Of a DNA stretch of 64,000 nt, positions 25,215 to 38,212 are shown piece by piece. The position numbers and the translations under genes are program-made. The stretch lies in NCBI GenBank assembly GCA_951406725.2, contig OX597823.1, positions 77,004,001-77,068,000 on the forward strand. The letters run 5' to 3'. The notes under the pieces were generated by a model. It ran no database searches and had not been told where the DNA came from. It saw nothing but the letters and a program-made list of their open reading frames with translations. The first letter of the stretch is position 1. The number at the start of each line of letters is the position of its first letter. This stretch comes from Octopus vulgaris (Eukaryota).

Positions 25215-25915
25215 TCTCTTTATTGCCTACAGGGGGCTAAACATAGAGGGGACAAACAAGGACAGGCAAGGGGATGAAGTCGATTACATTGACCCCAGTG
25301 CACAACTGGTACTTATTTTATTGAAATCAAATTCGATGACTGGCATCTGTGTTAGTGGAGCACTAAGAGTACCATACGAGCGTGATCATTGCCAGAGCAA
25401 CAAGCTGGCCTCCGTGCCAATGACATGTAAAAAACACCATTCAAGTGTGATCATTACCTGCATCACCTTACTGGCACTTGTCCTGGTGGCATGTGAAAAA
25501 ACATTCAAGCGAGGTCATTGCCAGTGCCACTGGACTGGCTCCTGTGCAGGTGGCATATAAAAAGCACCATTTGAGCGTGGCTGTTGCCAGTACCGCCTAA
25601 CTGGCCCGCATGCCAGTGGCATGTAAAAGCACCCACTACACTCTTGGTGTGGTTGGCGTTAGGAAGGGCATCCAGCTGTAGAAACTCTGTCAGATCAGAT
25701 TGGAGCCTGGTACAGCCATCTGGTTGACCAGTCCTCAGTCAAATCGTCCAACCCATGCTAACATGGAAAACGGACGTTAAATGATGATGATGATGATGAA
25801 AGGATGAAAGGCAAAGTCGACCTCGGTGAAATTTGAACTCAGAACGTAATGGCAGACAAAATACTGCTAAGCATTTTGCCCGGCGTGCTAACAATTCTGC
25901 CAGCTTGCCATCTTG
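25215..25915 (-). mobile_element. SINE family B interrupted by a plus-strand (GAT)n-tailed retroposon (~25325-25800)
   Basis: Two SINE halves flank an insert with ~65-bp internal repeats (GTGGCATGTAAAAAGCACC-like) and a (GAT)n tail. Confidence 0.8.
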
Positions 25916-25967
25916 CATAAGCTACATATTAGCCATTTAAAATTATGCACAGACAGTTAATTCACTT

Positions 25968-26170
25968 AAACACTTTAGCATTTAAACCAACCATATCCAG
26001 ACCAAATATTTTACCTGCTTTTATGTTGAAGCTAGACAAATCTGGCTTCCCACACCTACAATCATATCATCAAAATCTCAGAGCTTCAAGATAATGCATG
26101 ATTAATCCCAAACAATGTGAATAAATAAGAATAACATTTCCCACAGTAATCTAAATGCTAAAGGACTAAA
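25968..26170. mobile_element. degenerate piggyBac-type MITE
   Basis: Ends CTTTAGCATTTA...TAAATGCTAAAG; related partial copy at ~61770-61940. Confidence 0.55.
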
Positions 26171-26246
26171 CTTTTAGTATTTGTTATGTGGTGTCAAAAT
26201 TTTCATCACATGAACTGCAACTGGCCATGACATCTCTTCTTTATTA

Positions 26247-26804
26247 TTGGGTTGTCCGGAAAGTTCATGCCGATTTATAGTAGCTTACCTTTCGACTGAT
26301 TTTAGAACATGGTTGAGTCCATAAAATAGGATTTGACTACACCTCCATTTAGAGCACAGTTTAAGCTATCTTTTCGTGGAATGTATAAACATAACCTGTG
26401 TTAATTCTGTAACCCTTTAAAATAGAAGATAAGAAAGTTCATTTTCGGCACTTGATGCTTTGGGAACCAGACAAAAATTGCTACAGCTCAGCTGGGATGT
26501 TTTACCCCACCCTCCATATTCACCAGATATTGCTCCTTCGGATTTCCACTTATTCAGGTCTCTGTAGAATAGTCTTAATGGTAAAAATTTCAATTCCGTA
26601 GATGACGTAAAAAGATACCTTGATGAATTCTTTGCCATGAAACCACCTCAATTCTGGGAAGAGAGTATTTTCAAGTTAAAGGAAAGATGGAGATGCATTA
26701 TGCAACAAAATAGTTCATATTTGTTGATTATAAATGTAATGGCAAGTATTAATTGACCTTATTCTTTCCTTTAAAAATCGGCATGAACTTTCCAGACAAC
26801 CCAA
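26247..26804 (+). mobile_element. internally deleted mariner transposon
   Basis: 30-bp TIRs TTGGGTTGTC(C/T)GGAAAGTTCATGCCGATTT with TA TSD; EDKKVHFRHLML joined to WDVLPHPPYSPDIAPSDFHLFRSL*...KLKERW. Confidence 0.95.
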
Positions 26805-27801
26805 TAGTTTTCAATTAATGCTTCATCATTTATCCCACTTTGTACTCAAATTCTTAAAGTATGCATGTATTTGTGTTTTCATCATTATGGAGCCAACATT
26901 AGACTTCAATGGAGACATATAGAGAAACTTCATAAAAACTAGCTCACCTGCATTTGTGTTTCATTTAAGATACACACTTATTTCTTGGGTATGCACATTT
27001 CTGCAGGTACTAAACTTTCTATATTGTTACTGAGTAAAGCAAAACTTCACTAATAACATTCTATTATATAACACAATTGGTATTCAGCTAATTAAATATT
27101 AAATTATTCTTTGAAATTTGAGATAGCAAATGTCAGCACTTTTAGAATCCATACCTGTTTAGTGATTTTTTTTTTTTTTCATTAGTAGTTGCATCATTTT
27201 GTGTTGTAGCAACAAAACATGTAGAATTTGGCAATTTTATTTCTATGTAAGATATTTTATTTTATTTTTTAATTTTTTTTTTTTTGTTTCCATTGGTATT
27301 ACATTGAAAGTTTGAATGCAAGAAGAAGTGATAGTCAAATAAAACTAATCCTTCTACAAGAATGGTCCAGGTGTTTTTGACATGAGAAAGATAAGTAAAT
27401 TCCAACCTAAGAGCATTTCAATCCTAAAAGGCCTGCAGACAACCCTTACCAATTTGTCTCACCAAAGTCTCATACATTTCTAAGCATTCTTCTTTTATCC
27501 ACGTTCTTCTATTACTTTCGGTCGGTAAACATTCTCATTGAATACTGAAGAGCATCGTAGCTGGTGATTGGCATTTGAAGGACAATATTGTCGGTTGTTG
27601 AATAATAAAGGTAAATGCTGGCTGCTTAATGCATATTAAAGAATAATATAGTTAGTGGTTAGTCATTGAATATTGAAAGATAATGCTGTTGGGAATGAAA
27701 TGGGAAATGGTAGTAGAGTTGGTTATTGAGCAGTGAATAATGTTGGTTATTAAATATTGAAGAACAGTAGAGTTAGTTATTGAGTATTAAAGGATGGTAT
27801 A

Positions 27802-28306
27802 CTGTAAATCCTCGAGTATAATCCACATTTTTTTCCCAAAATTTAAAGGTTAAAATCCCTAGTGCATACTACATACGAGGTTAAAACTGAAAAATATCTT
27901 CTAAGCAATGTCCAAGTCTCTATTTGCTGTCCGGCAATGTTTATTCAGACGCATTTTGTGATGTCGGGTGCGAAAATACCTTAAGCTAAGCCTGAAAGCA
28001 ATGAAGTCACAAAAACATCATCCATAACTTGCAGTAAGCAACATTTCTTAAAATAAAAGTATTCACAACACAGAATAACATATAACAAAAACAATTTGCA
28101 AACATATTTACATTCCCATATAACAGTTAAGAACATCACCATTATTGTATTATGCATGCAGGGAAGTGTTTGTTCGACTAGGTGCTGCTGGCTTAATTAC
28201 GCATGACTCAAGTTAGAGAAGGGGTGTGTATTATACACAAGGTTTAGGTTTTTCAGAGGTACAGCCCCCTAAAAATCCCCTGCGTATTATACTCAAGGAT
28301 TTACGG
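27802..28306. mobile_element. Tc2/pogo-like MITE
   Basis: TIRs CTGTAAATCCTCGAGTATAAT / ATTATACTCAAGGATTTACGG with TA TSD. Confidence 0.9.
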
Positions 28307-28882
28307 TAGTTAGTTATTGAGCATTTAAGTTATTGAGTATCATGAGGTATTGAGTACTGAAGGACAGTGCTGTTGGCTATTGAACAGTAAAGGACAGTAT
28401 AGTGGCCATTGAAGAGTAGGTTAGTTAGGATAATTATTTATTGACTTGCAAAAGAAACTGGAAGATCGTTATTGAATACTGAAGGGCATTATGTTCCATC
28501 ACTACATATTGAAGGATAACTCAGGGAATTATTGAATACTGAGGAACAGTGCAAATAGGTTATTGAATTTTGTTGGACAGTGTAGCAGGTTATTAAACAT
28601 AGAAAAATGTCCAAAGATGATCAGTGACTATTAAAGGAAAATATACTAAACTGTGAAGGGCAGCATGGCTGGTTATTTAATATTAAAGGCCAATATAATT
28701 GGTTATTGAATATTGAAGGACAATGCAAGTAGGTTATTAAATATTAAAGGACAGAGCAAGTATGTTACTGAATATTGTAGGACAGTATAAAGTAGAGTTC
28801 TATATTTAAGAGATGAGGAATTATGTACATTATTTTCATTATTTACATTTAACAGATATTTGTCCTCATCTTGTTTGTTGTT

Positions 28883-28928
28883 AACACAACATTTCAGCTG
28901 ATATACCCTCCAGCCTTCATCAGGTGTA
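28883..28928 (-). ncRNA. minimal type I hammerhead ribozyme motif (family 1)
   Basis: ACAC-CTGATGA-A-GGCTG-gagggtatat-CAGCT-GAAA-T-GTT-GTGT. Confidence 0.7.
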
Positions 28929-29146
28929 TTGGGGAAATTTTGAACATGGGTTCTCCTTCCTAAGGTATTTTTCAATGTTATTGTTGTTGTTGTTATCATT
29001 ATTATTATTATTATTATTCATGATACTGCCTGGAATTGAACTCGGAATCTTGGGGTTAGTAGCCCGCACTCTTAACCACTATGCCATTTAATAATAACAT
29101 CAAAAAATACCTTAGGAATGAGAACCCAGGTTTGAAATTTCCCCAA

Positions 29147-29192
29147 TACACCTGATGAAGGCTGGAGGGTATATCAGCCGAAATGTTGTGCT
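29147..29192 (+). ncRNA. minimal type I hammerhead ribozyme motif (family 1)
   Basis: CAC-CTGATGA-A-GGCTG-gagggtatat-CAGCC-GAAA-T-GTT-GTG. Confidence 0.7.
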
Positions 29193-29887
29193 AACAACAA
29201 ACAAAAAGAGGACAAATATCTGTCAAATGTAAATAATGTAAATAACAAGTATAAGGTAGTTATTCAATTTTGAAGGACAGTGTAGTTGAATAACAAAGGT
29301 GAGTACAATTGGTTGTTAATATTCAATGATAGTATAGTCATTTACTGTATATTAATCATTTAATTATTAAAAATCATATCAGTTATTGCATATACTAAAC
29401 CACAGTGTGGTTGCTTTGTAAATATATTGAAGGACAGTTAATGGTGGTCATTGGAGGTAACCACCATATTGAAAACCAGTACAGTTAGTTATTGAATGAC
29501 CGTAAAGGTCATCATTGAGTATACAAGGACAGTGCAAATATATAATTGAACAGTGAATGATGAAGCAATTAGTCATTGAATGGTAAGGGTCAGTACAAAT
29601 TAGTACTTGGAACATACAAAACCTCTATGAGCTGCTTATTGAATAATGACTGGAAAGTATAGTCATGCCACTTGGTTATTTGATATAGAAGACTTCACCT
29701 GGTTAAGTATTGGAAACTGAAGGACTGCACAGACTGTACAGTAGGTTATTTAAATAATGTAGAGCAGTGTAGTTATTTAATGCTGAAGAACAATTGGTTA
29801 ATGAAGGTCAATATAGTTGGCTGTAAAGGCATATGGCCTAGTAGACAGTAGGTTATTAAATAATGTAGAGTAGTGTAGTTAGTTAAT

Positions 29888-30100
29888 ACTCTCTTTACTC
29901 TTTACTTGTTTCAGTCATTTGACTGTGGCCATGCTGGAGCACCACCTTTAGTCGAGCAAATCGACCCCAGGACTTATTCTTTGTGAGCCTAGTACTTATT
30001 CTATCAGTCTCTTTTGCCAAACCGCTAAGTTACGGCGACGTAAACACACCAGCATCGGTTGTCAAGCGATGTTGGGGGACAAACACAGACACTTAAACAT

Positions 30101-30143
<43 letters not shown>

Positions 30144-30145
30144 CG
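29888..30145 (-). mobile_element. SINE family A, 3' half
   Basis: Close match to the family A 3' half with the (CTCTTTTA)n tail. Confidence 0.9.
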
Positions 30146-30477
30146 AGAACAATTGGTAATGAAGGTTAATTGGTTAATGAAGGTCAATGTTGTTGGCTGT
30201 AAAGGCATGTGGCCTAGTGGATGGGTGTGTGACACTCATGATCATAAGACTGTGGTTTCATACCCTGGATTAGACAGTGCATTGTGTTCTTCAGCAAAAG
30301 TACTTCATTTTTATGTTGCTCAAGTCTGCACAGCTATAAATGAGTTCTAGCAATAACTGGGAAGTTAAGTCTATGAGGGACTGGTGTCTCATTCAGGGAG
30401 ATTGTTGTAATTAAGTTCCAGCATTATGAGTCTTTGGATTCAAGACACTACAAAGTATAAAATAGTTACCAATTCTT

Positions 30478-31090
30478 CATCATCATCATTTAACATCCAT
30501 TCTCCATGCTGACATGGGTTGGATGATTTAACAGGAGCTGCCCAGTTGGAGAGCTACCTGGGCTCCATTTGTATGTTTTTTGGCATGGTTTCTATGACTG
30601 GATGCCCTTCCTAACACCAACCACTTTACAGAATGTACTAGGTGCTTTTAACATGGCACTATGACCAGTGCTTTTCAGGTGGCACAAGCATCAGTGCTTT
30701 TAATGTGGGACCAGCATGAGTGTTTTTAACGAGACACCAGAACCAGTGCTTTTAATGTGGTACCAAAACCAGTGCATTTTATGTGGCGCCAGCACACATA
30801 TATACATATATAAATCATCATCATCATGATTATCATGATTATGATGATTAACATCATTGTTTAACATCTGCCTTTTATTCTGGCATGTACAGGATGGTTT
30901 GACAGGAGCCGGTCAAGGAAAAACCTGCACCAAACTTCTGTGTCTATTTTGGTAGGGTTTTTAAAAACTGGATGCCCTTCATAACACCAACCACTTTACA
31001 GACTATTACCAGCACAGAAACTTGTACATGGCACCAGTATGGGCACTTTCATGTGGCACCTGCACAGTTGCTTCTATGTAGAACTAGCAA
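30478..31090 (-). mobile_element. two tandem (GAT)n-tailed retroposons, the first with a 26-bp internal array
   Basis: (CAT)n starts at ~30478 and ~30815; about six units of approximately GTGCTTTTAATGTGGCACCAGCACCA at 30642-30795. Confidence 0.8.
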
Positions 31091-32194
31091 ATAAGAGCCT
31101 ACAAGACTGGGAACTCTTAGCTGAGAGGGACTGAATATGAACAAATTTTAGGGTACTTAGTTTTACGTCTTTTCATGCATGCTGTTTTACAAAGGTTTGC
31201 TTTAACTCTATTTTTCCTTCAGATACAAAACTAAAATAATTACCAGTAATATTTTGGTTTTAAAATTTGACACAAGGCCAGCAATTTCAGAGGAGTGGGT
31301 AAGTCAATTACATCGTCCCAGTACATGACTGGTATTTATTTTATCAATCCTGAAAGGATGAAGGCCAAGTAAACCTCTGGAATTTGAACCTAGAATGTAA
31401 GGACATAAAATGCTACTAAGCATTTTGTCCAGTGTGCTAATGATTCTGCCAGCTTGCCACCTTAATTACCAATATTCTATGATATATTGGGAATCATTCA
31501 GTCAGCTCTTTGTTCTTTCAAAAACATTTGATGTTGTGTCTGCTCAAACAACTTCATTTATCACAAATTACCATTTCTCATAATTCACTTGAATATGTTA
31601 TATATAACACATATTTTTGCTTTATGTCATATTTGATTATTACACAAGACCTCATCAAAAGCATTCCAACTATGACCAACCTGTCTCACTTTTTTTTTTT
31701 TTTTTTTTCTAACATATAACTAGTATTACCTTATCTGATGTGTGTCTTTTTTTCTAAGTCTGTAGGGTATGATTTAAAAGATCTACCTTGCTATTTCTGA
31801 ATGATAATAGCTGAATGCATAGAGGTTCCCTTGTTGGCAAGTCATCATCAACATCATCATCATCCCTTAACATCCGTTTTCCATGCTGCCATGAGTTGGA
31901 CAGCTTGGCAGGAGTTAGCAAGGCCAGGGGCTGCACCAGATTCCATAGCCAGTTTTGGTTTGGCTTCTATAGACAGATGCCCTTACAAATGCCAAACATT
32001 TTACTGAGTGTTCTGGGTGCTTTCTATGTGACACCATCACCAAGTATTTATTTTACTTCCCAAATAATGGTGAATGAAAAGCAATCCTAAGCTCACCCCA
32101 TTCTCATTCTCTCTGTCCCCTGCTCAGAAACAGCTACAAGGAACCAACTTTTAAAAGACAAAGACTTTGCTACCTCTTTTCTACCTGTCTTTTA

Positions 32195-32618
32195 CATCTT
32201 TTTACCCTTGTTTCAGTCATTAGCCAGCAGCCATACTGGGACCACGAGGTGATCCCAGTACTTATTTTATTAAAGCCTGGTACCTTTTCAATCAGTCTCT
32301 TTTCTTGCCAAACTGCTAAGTTATGGGGGTGGGGGTCATAAACAAACCAACTCTAGTTATCAATCAGTGGTGGCTGGACAAACGCAGACACAACAACACA
32401 TTCATACACACACACACGCATGCACACACACACACACACTCACACACACATATGATGGGCTTCTTTCAGCTAATGTGTACCAAATCTACTCATAAGGCTT
32501 TGGCCAGCCTAAGGATATAATAGCAGACACTTTCCCAAAGTGGCATGGAGTGAGACGGAGCCTAGAACCATGCGACTGTAAAGCAAACATCTTACCACAC
32601 AGCCACACCGACACCTGT

Positions 32619-32662
<44 letters not shown>

Positions 32663-33064
32663 CTCTCTCTTTACTTGTTTCAGTCATTTCACTGTGGCCA
32701 TGCTGGAGCACCGCCTTTAGTTGAGTAAATCGACCCTAGAACTTATTCTTTGTAAGCCTAGTACTTATTCTATCGGTCTCTTTTGCCAAACTGCTAAGTT
32801 ACAGGGACATAACCACACTAGCATCGGTTATCAAGTGATGTTGAGGGGACAAGCACAGACACACAAACATACACATACACATATATATATATATACATAT
32901 ATATGATGGTCTTCTTTCAGATTCCTTCTACCAAATCCACTCACAAGGCTTTGGTCAGCCCGAGGATATAGCAGAAGACACTTGCCCAAGGTGCCACGCA
33001 GTGGGACTGAACCCAGAACCATGTGGTTTGTAAGCAAGCTACTTACCACGCAGCCACTCATACG

Positions 33065-33068
<4 letters not shown>
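32195..33068 (-). mobile_element. two tandem SINE family A copies (older 32195-32615, younger 32662-33068)
   Basis: Full family A structure: tRNA head, central microsatellite and tail. Confidence 0.9.
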
Positions 33069-33112
<44 letters not shown>

Positions 33113-33539
33113 AGCCTCTTCCAGGTTTTACAAATACTGTACTGTACAATAATTCTGCTAACTCTGTAATCCACCGGCAACATAAATCCATTTCTATTCA
33201 CTTCAAGCTGTTGAATTTAATCTCGCCAAGATTCACTGAAAGCTTTTACTTCTCCATTCCCATTGCACTGCAAATAGAATTTAAATGGCAGATCTTCAAT
33301 GATTTTCTCAGAGTATTAGACAACTGAAGTTTATAAGCTTCAGTTGCCATAGCTGCGATTTTCAGAGAAACACTTAGGGAGAAAAGAAGAAACTAACATG
33401 AATCAGTAGACAAAAGTATCTCCAATATTAAACATGGAACACAAAACAGTTTCCTCTTCATTATCTGCTGATTTATGTGTTTCTCTGTGTTTATGTTGGT
33501 GTTTTTCTCTGTGTGGTTCCATGGTTATTTTTGCGTTTT

Positions 33540-34100
33540 TGTGAGTTCATGTATGTATGTATGAATGAATGTATGAAAGTATCTATGTGTGTATGTGTGA
33601 ATGTATGTGTATATATGTGTGTATATGTGTGTATATCTATCCCTGTATGTGTGTGTATATGTGTGAATGTATCTATGTATGTGTGTATGTATCTGTGTAT
33701 ATATGTTTATATACATATATATTGTTTGTATGTATGTATACATATATATGTATGTAAGTATGTGTATGCATGTGCATGTGTATGTATGTACATGTCTGTG
33801 TGTAGTGTGTATGGTTGTATGCATATAGGTGTCTGTAAGTATGTGTATATATGTATATACGTATGAAGATATAGATGAGTGTGTATGTGTGTATGTATGT
33901 ATGAATCTGAGCATATATATATATATGTGTGTGTATATGTCTGTATGTATGCATGTATGCATGTACATATGTGTGAATGTATGTATTTATTTGTATATGT
34001 ATGTATGTATGTATGTATGCATGTATGAATGTATATATGTGTGTATGTATGTATTTATTTGTATATGTATGTATGTATGTATGTGTATTTGTATTGTAAA
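33540..34100. repeat. degenerate (TATG/TG)n microsatellite
   Basis: Direct inspection. Confidence 0.9.
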
Positions 34101-34751
34101 AGTGCTGTAGTTTGATTACTTATATCATTGAAGCAAAGCATTGTTTCGTAGAAATTGAATAGGGACTTTTTTCCCCCCTAGTTTTCATTCTCACAACTAA
34201 ACACAAATGCTAATGTCTTAGCATCATTAGTCTCTACAAAAGTATTTATTGTGTCTCTCAGAGAATGTGTCACTGATTAAATTCTTGGTAACCAGCTGAG
34301 CTGACAGATCTGTAATTGATAATCCTTCACTACTGGAACTGTATTATTGCTACAGTTACAAGGACAAATGACTTTCAGGGTCGCAAGTAATTAGATACAA
34401 GAAACTATATTCTCTTGCTATAATCAGCAATTATGAAAGTGAAAGTGAGGTAAGTGCCAGCTGTTTCAATGTTGTTATTGTTATACTTTTAACCCCATTT
34501 CAGACTTGATCAAGCAGATAGAGGATCAAATGTTTTCTGTCTGTGATCATCCAGGCTTTTTGTATATTTAGATTACATTATATTTAGGTTCCATTTCTTT
34601 AAACAATTTATTGAAGATTTCAATGCTTTTTTCTACCAAGTCAATTCAACTTGAAAGGACTACATTATTGAATTATGAGTATTATCTAAGTATTTGAAAC
34701 TCACTGAACAACAGAAAAGGCATCTAAAGACAAGGTGGTAATAGATGTAGC

Positions 34752-35070
34752 GTATAAAGGGTAAAGACCCCCTTTGGTCATGAATGTCCATAGGATTACA
34801 CCCAGGAAGTTCTCCTTCAAGGCATATGTCTCGGCAAGGTTGTTTATGGAAAACCAGCAGTTGCCCATCCATACCAGCCTCTCCTCTCCAAGACATCGAT
34901 GTTATCCAAGGGAAAGGCAAAGGCTGATACAGCTTGGTGCCAGCGATATTACAACTTATTTTTATAGTTAAGTGAACTGGAACAACGGGAAATAAAGTGT
35001 CTTGCTCAAGAACACAACACACAACCTGGTCTGGGAATCAAACTTATTAACTCATGATTGTGACCCCGGG
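34752..35070 (-). mobile_element. CORE-like SINE with a third tail type
   Basis: Minus strand TGTTCTTGAGCAAGACACTTTATTTC shared with 23390-23712; tail ends GGGGGTCTTTACCCTTTA. Confidence 0.7.
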
Positions 35071-35496
35071 GCTGGAGTACTTTTTTGTTGATTCTACCCA
35101 GACTGGAACTATAAAGTATAGGCACAGGCATGGCTGTGTGGTAAAAAGCTTGCTTCCCAACTACATGGCTTTGGGTTCAGTTCCACTGCATGGCACCTTG
35201 AGCAAATGTCTTCTCCTATAGCTTTGGGCCAACCAAAGACCTATGAGTGAATTTGGTTGATGTAAATTGAAAGAAGCCTGCAGAAAATACACAGCTGTAA
35301 GAAACTATTCTACTTTCTATGTTCTCTTTTATACATCTTAATAATTACTGGTATTTTTATATATGTAAAGCATAATTTGTTATATATGTATGTATATTAT
35401 TATAATTGTTTTTTCTTAAATTAAATAAATAGACGTGATATAATGTCTAAAAGTTGATGAATACCACCTCTTGATCCCCTCCATTTTCTTACTTCC

Positions 35497-35541
<45 letters not shown>

Positions 35542-35927
35542 CTAGCAGTATCGCCCGGCGTTGCTCGGGTTTGTAAGGGAAATAACTATATAAGCATTTT
35601 TAGAGAGTTATAGCCAAAAAATGCATTAAGATGGAAAAAAAATGATGGTAATTTTTTTTTTTAATTGTTGACTCATCGTAGACGTTTTTAGAGAGTTACT
35701 TCCCTTATATAATAGCGAAAAAATGCATTAAAATGGAAAAAAATGATGGTAAATTATTTTTAAAATCGTAGACTCATCGTAGACATGTGCTAATACCCAG
35801 AAGGGCTCGATATGAATCACGACTATAAGATACCCGGTTTTGGTTAAACTGCACCGCAAAATGTGGGAGTAGTTAGGAATCTAAATCGTAGGAGACAGAC
35901 ACACAACTTCACTTTTATATATAAAGA
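35542..35927 (-). mobile_element. non-autonomous Helitron
   Basis: 5' TC, 3' hairpin CCCGAGCAACGCCGGG then CTAG, inserted between A and T within (TA)n; near-identical copy at 56658-57054. Confidence 0.9.
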
Positions 35928-35957
35928 TATATATATACACATACACACACGCACACA

Positions 35958-36848
35958 CGTGGTCTAATGAATAAGTATCTGGACTATTGCTATAGTAATG
36001 AACCTAAAGCACACAAAGTAAAGCTGTTTGGCACAGATTGACCTTGAACTCTGTTGTGCATGTGCACTAAGTTTTAACATTCTAGCTCAGTTTTACTATT
36101 TACAGCAGTACTTGGAATGAAAGTGTGTAGCATGTGATTGTTGCATTAACCATGACAGAGAAAGGTGAGCAGAGAATCTGCATCAAATTTTGCCAAAAGC
36201 TTGGTGATACTTGCTCAGAGGCCAATGCAAAATTTTCATAAAGTTTTCATATTAATCAACACAATCAAGATCTTTTGTAACTGAAACTCAAGTGTCTTTG
36301 TGGTTGTTTGAAATCAGTTTTGGCACAAACTTAGTACACATAAGTCTCATACCCAGATCTTCAGTGATAATGGACTGAACTGAACTGAAACTGATCTGCA
36401 CAACCTCTGATAGCTCACGGATGGGGATTCGAAGATTTCCCCTCACAGTTGCATGCGCATCTGCAACATTTTTCACAGCTCTGCTGGTTGCAGATCTTCC
36501 AGAACATCCGTCAATATTGACTTTTTTCAGTCCTCTTGCAAATGTCTGAGTCACTTGTACACTTGTGTGTTGTTCATACACTCCTCTCCATAGACTTTCT
36601 GCAACTTTGCATAGACCGCTGAGCAGATATTGCTGTGACAACTTATTCTGTCATGGTCAATGCGATGATCACACGCTACATACCTTCCTTACAGGCACTG
36701 TTGTAAACAAGAGAAGTGAGCTAGAATGATAATACTCAAAGTGCATGCACAGCAGAGTTCACGGTCAATCTGTGTCAAACAGCTTCACTCCGTGTGCTTT
36801 AGCTTCGTTACTATGGCAACAGTCCGGATACTTATTAATCAGACCTCG
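35958..36848. mobile_element. fold-back mariner built from two 5' ends
   Basis: TIR CGAGGTCTGATTAATAAGTATCCGGACT; ~200-bp inverted arms; plus strand MTEKGEQRICIKFCQKLGDTCSEA; minus strand SGRSATS...IRELSE...EDLGMR...KFVPKLI. Confidence 0.9.
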
Positions 36849-37991
36849 TATGCATATATGTATGTATGTACGTACATTCATATAAACACACACACACAGA
36901 TATATATATATCTGTGTTTTGAATATAAGGACAAGATGTGACTTCGTTAAAATAGTTGTTCCCGCAAAGTAAATTAGAAAAATTTGGGCTTTGCAGAGGG
37001 TTAAAGTGGTGACAAAAACAGGACAATGAGAACAAAACAGTAAAAACAAATGGTAAGGGCTGTTAAGCCATAACTAGTTGAAGTGATGAAAGCTGGAGAA
37101 ACAAGCTTTGAGAAGAGACAGGTAAAAGCACGTCTTGTCTTTAGGAAGGAAGTGGAAGAAAGAAAAATAGATAACTGTTGGTCACATGTGAGCAACGAGA
37201 GTCAAGGAGGAAGAGTGAGGGAAAGAGAGGGAACAGTGAAGGGAAGAAGAGAAGAATTAGAGAAAGGGTAGAAGAGAAAAACAGAAAGGAAGAAGAACAA
37301 GAGAGGGAGATCGAATAGAGATAGGTTGTAGAGTGCGCATCGGAATATTTTCAATGTGTACAAATAACAAGGGGAAAATAAATAAATAGTTACCAGGGTA
37401 GCAAAAATTCACATAAGTGCCAAGGACATTACAGCCTATTTATAAAGGTAAAAATTCCAGGATTAAGAGAAATGTTTTTTTGTAAAACATGGATAAATTA
37501 AAAAATGGAGTCAAATGCTGGTGTTATTCAAATCATTTATATTTCCTACTTATGTTTCGAAAAATGCATTAAGATTATTCCGTAAAAAATATGAGAAAGA
37601 TATGGTATATCATTTTTTTTTATGCAGGGGTTCCTTGAGAGATGTCATTTATTTAAGGGTAAAAAGGTTGGGAAACACTGGCCTAGAGTTTTGTTAAAAT
37701 TGGCATACTAAATTTCAAGTCCTTTCAATCACTTATGTAAAACTACATATCTCAGTGATTTAGAGTTTCATGCATGACATAAATATATACAAATACTAAT
37801 TACTTGTGAATTAATTTTTTGTAAATGATAACTGCATGCATCTCACTCAGTTTATCTATTTACAACAGTCTGAAACCAGGAGGTGTTTACATTGTATCTT
37901 TTTACATAAGTAGCATAGTGGTTCAACAATCAGCCATTGATAAAATAAGTCCCAAATGAAACTGAGTAAAGGGGAAATTATAGTTGATTAA

Positions 37992-38212
37992 CCCTTTTCG
38001 TTACTGTATTTATTTTGAGATGCTCTGTGTTTCTTTCAATTACTTTAAATATAACAAAGAATTTAGTAAAATAACTTAGTTATCATTCAGTTAGTGTTAG
38101 GAACATAAATTGTGACTAAGGTTTGGTGGAAGGTTTTAATTTAAAACTTATGAAAACAAGACATTTGTACTCAGAGCCAGAGCTGGTTTCAACCAGGTTG
38201 GTAACAAAAGGG
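37992..38212. mobile_element. piggyBac-type MITE
   Basis: TTAA TSD; TIRs CCCTTTTCGTTAC / GTAACAAAAGGG. Confidence 0.9.

Larger units (their letters stand above)
28796..29247. mobile_element. tRNA-headed hammerhead retroposon with an inverted second arm
   Basis: Minus-strand full copy 28796-29088 (A-box 29076-29086, B-box 29032-29043) plus a plus-strand headless arm 29090-29247. Confidence 0.85.
27535..30200. repeat. degenerate ~30-31 bp minisatellite with TE insertions
   Basis: Recurrent unit approximately GGTTATTGAATATTGAAGGACAGTGTAGTT, clearest at 28671-28794. Confidence 0.85.

Noticed and set aside
25340-25640. Repeat-spacer-like pattern (GTGGCATGTAAAAAGCACC)
   Set aside because: The intervening sequences are homologous to each other; these are internal tandem repeats of a retroposon
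29026-29088. Functional tRNA gene
   Set aside because: A and B boxes and an anticodon-like loop are present, but no complete cloverleaf was found; it is a SINE head, as are the other tRNA-like heads
27535-30200. CRISPR-like or coding repeat array
   Set aside because: Units are head-to-tail and degenerate, with no unique spacers and no cas genes; the context is eukaryotic and no long frame is open
36288-36641. Intact transposase CDS
   Set aside because: Frameshifted N-terminal fragment with no DD34D domain
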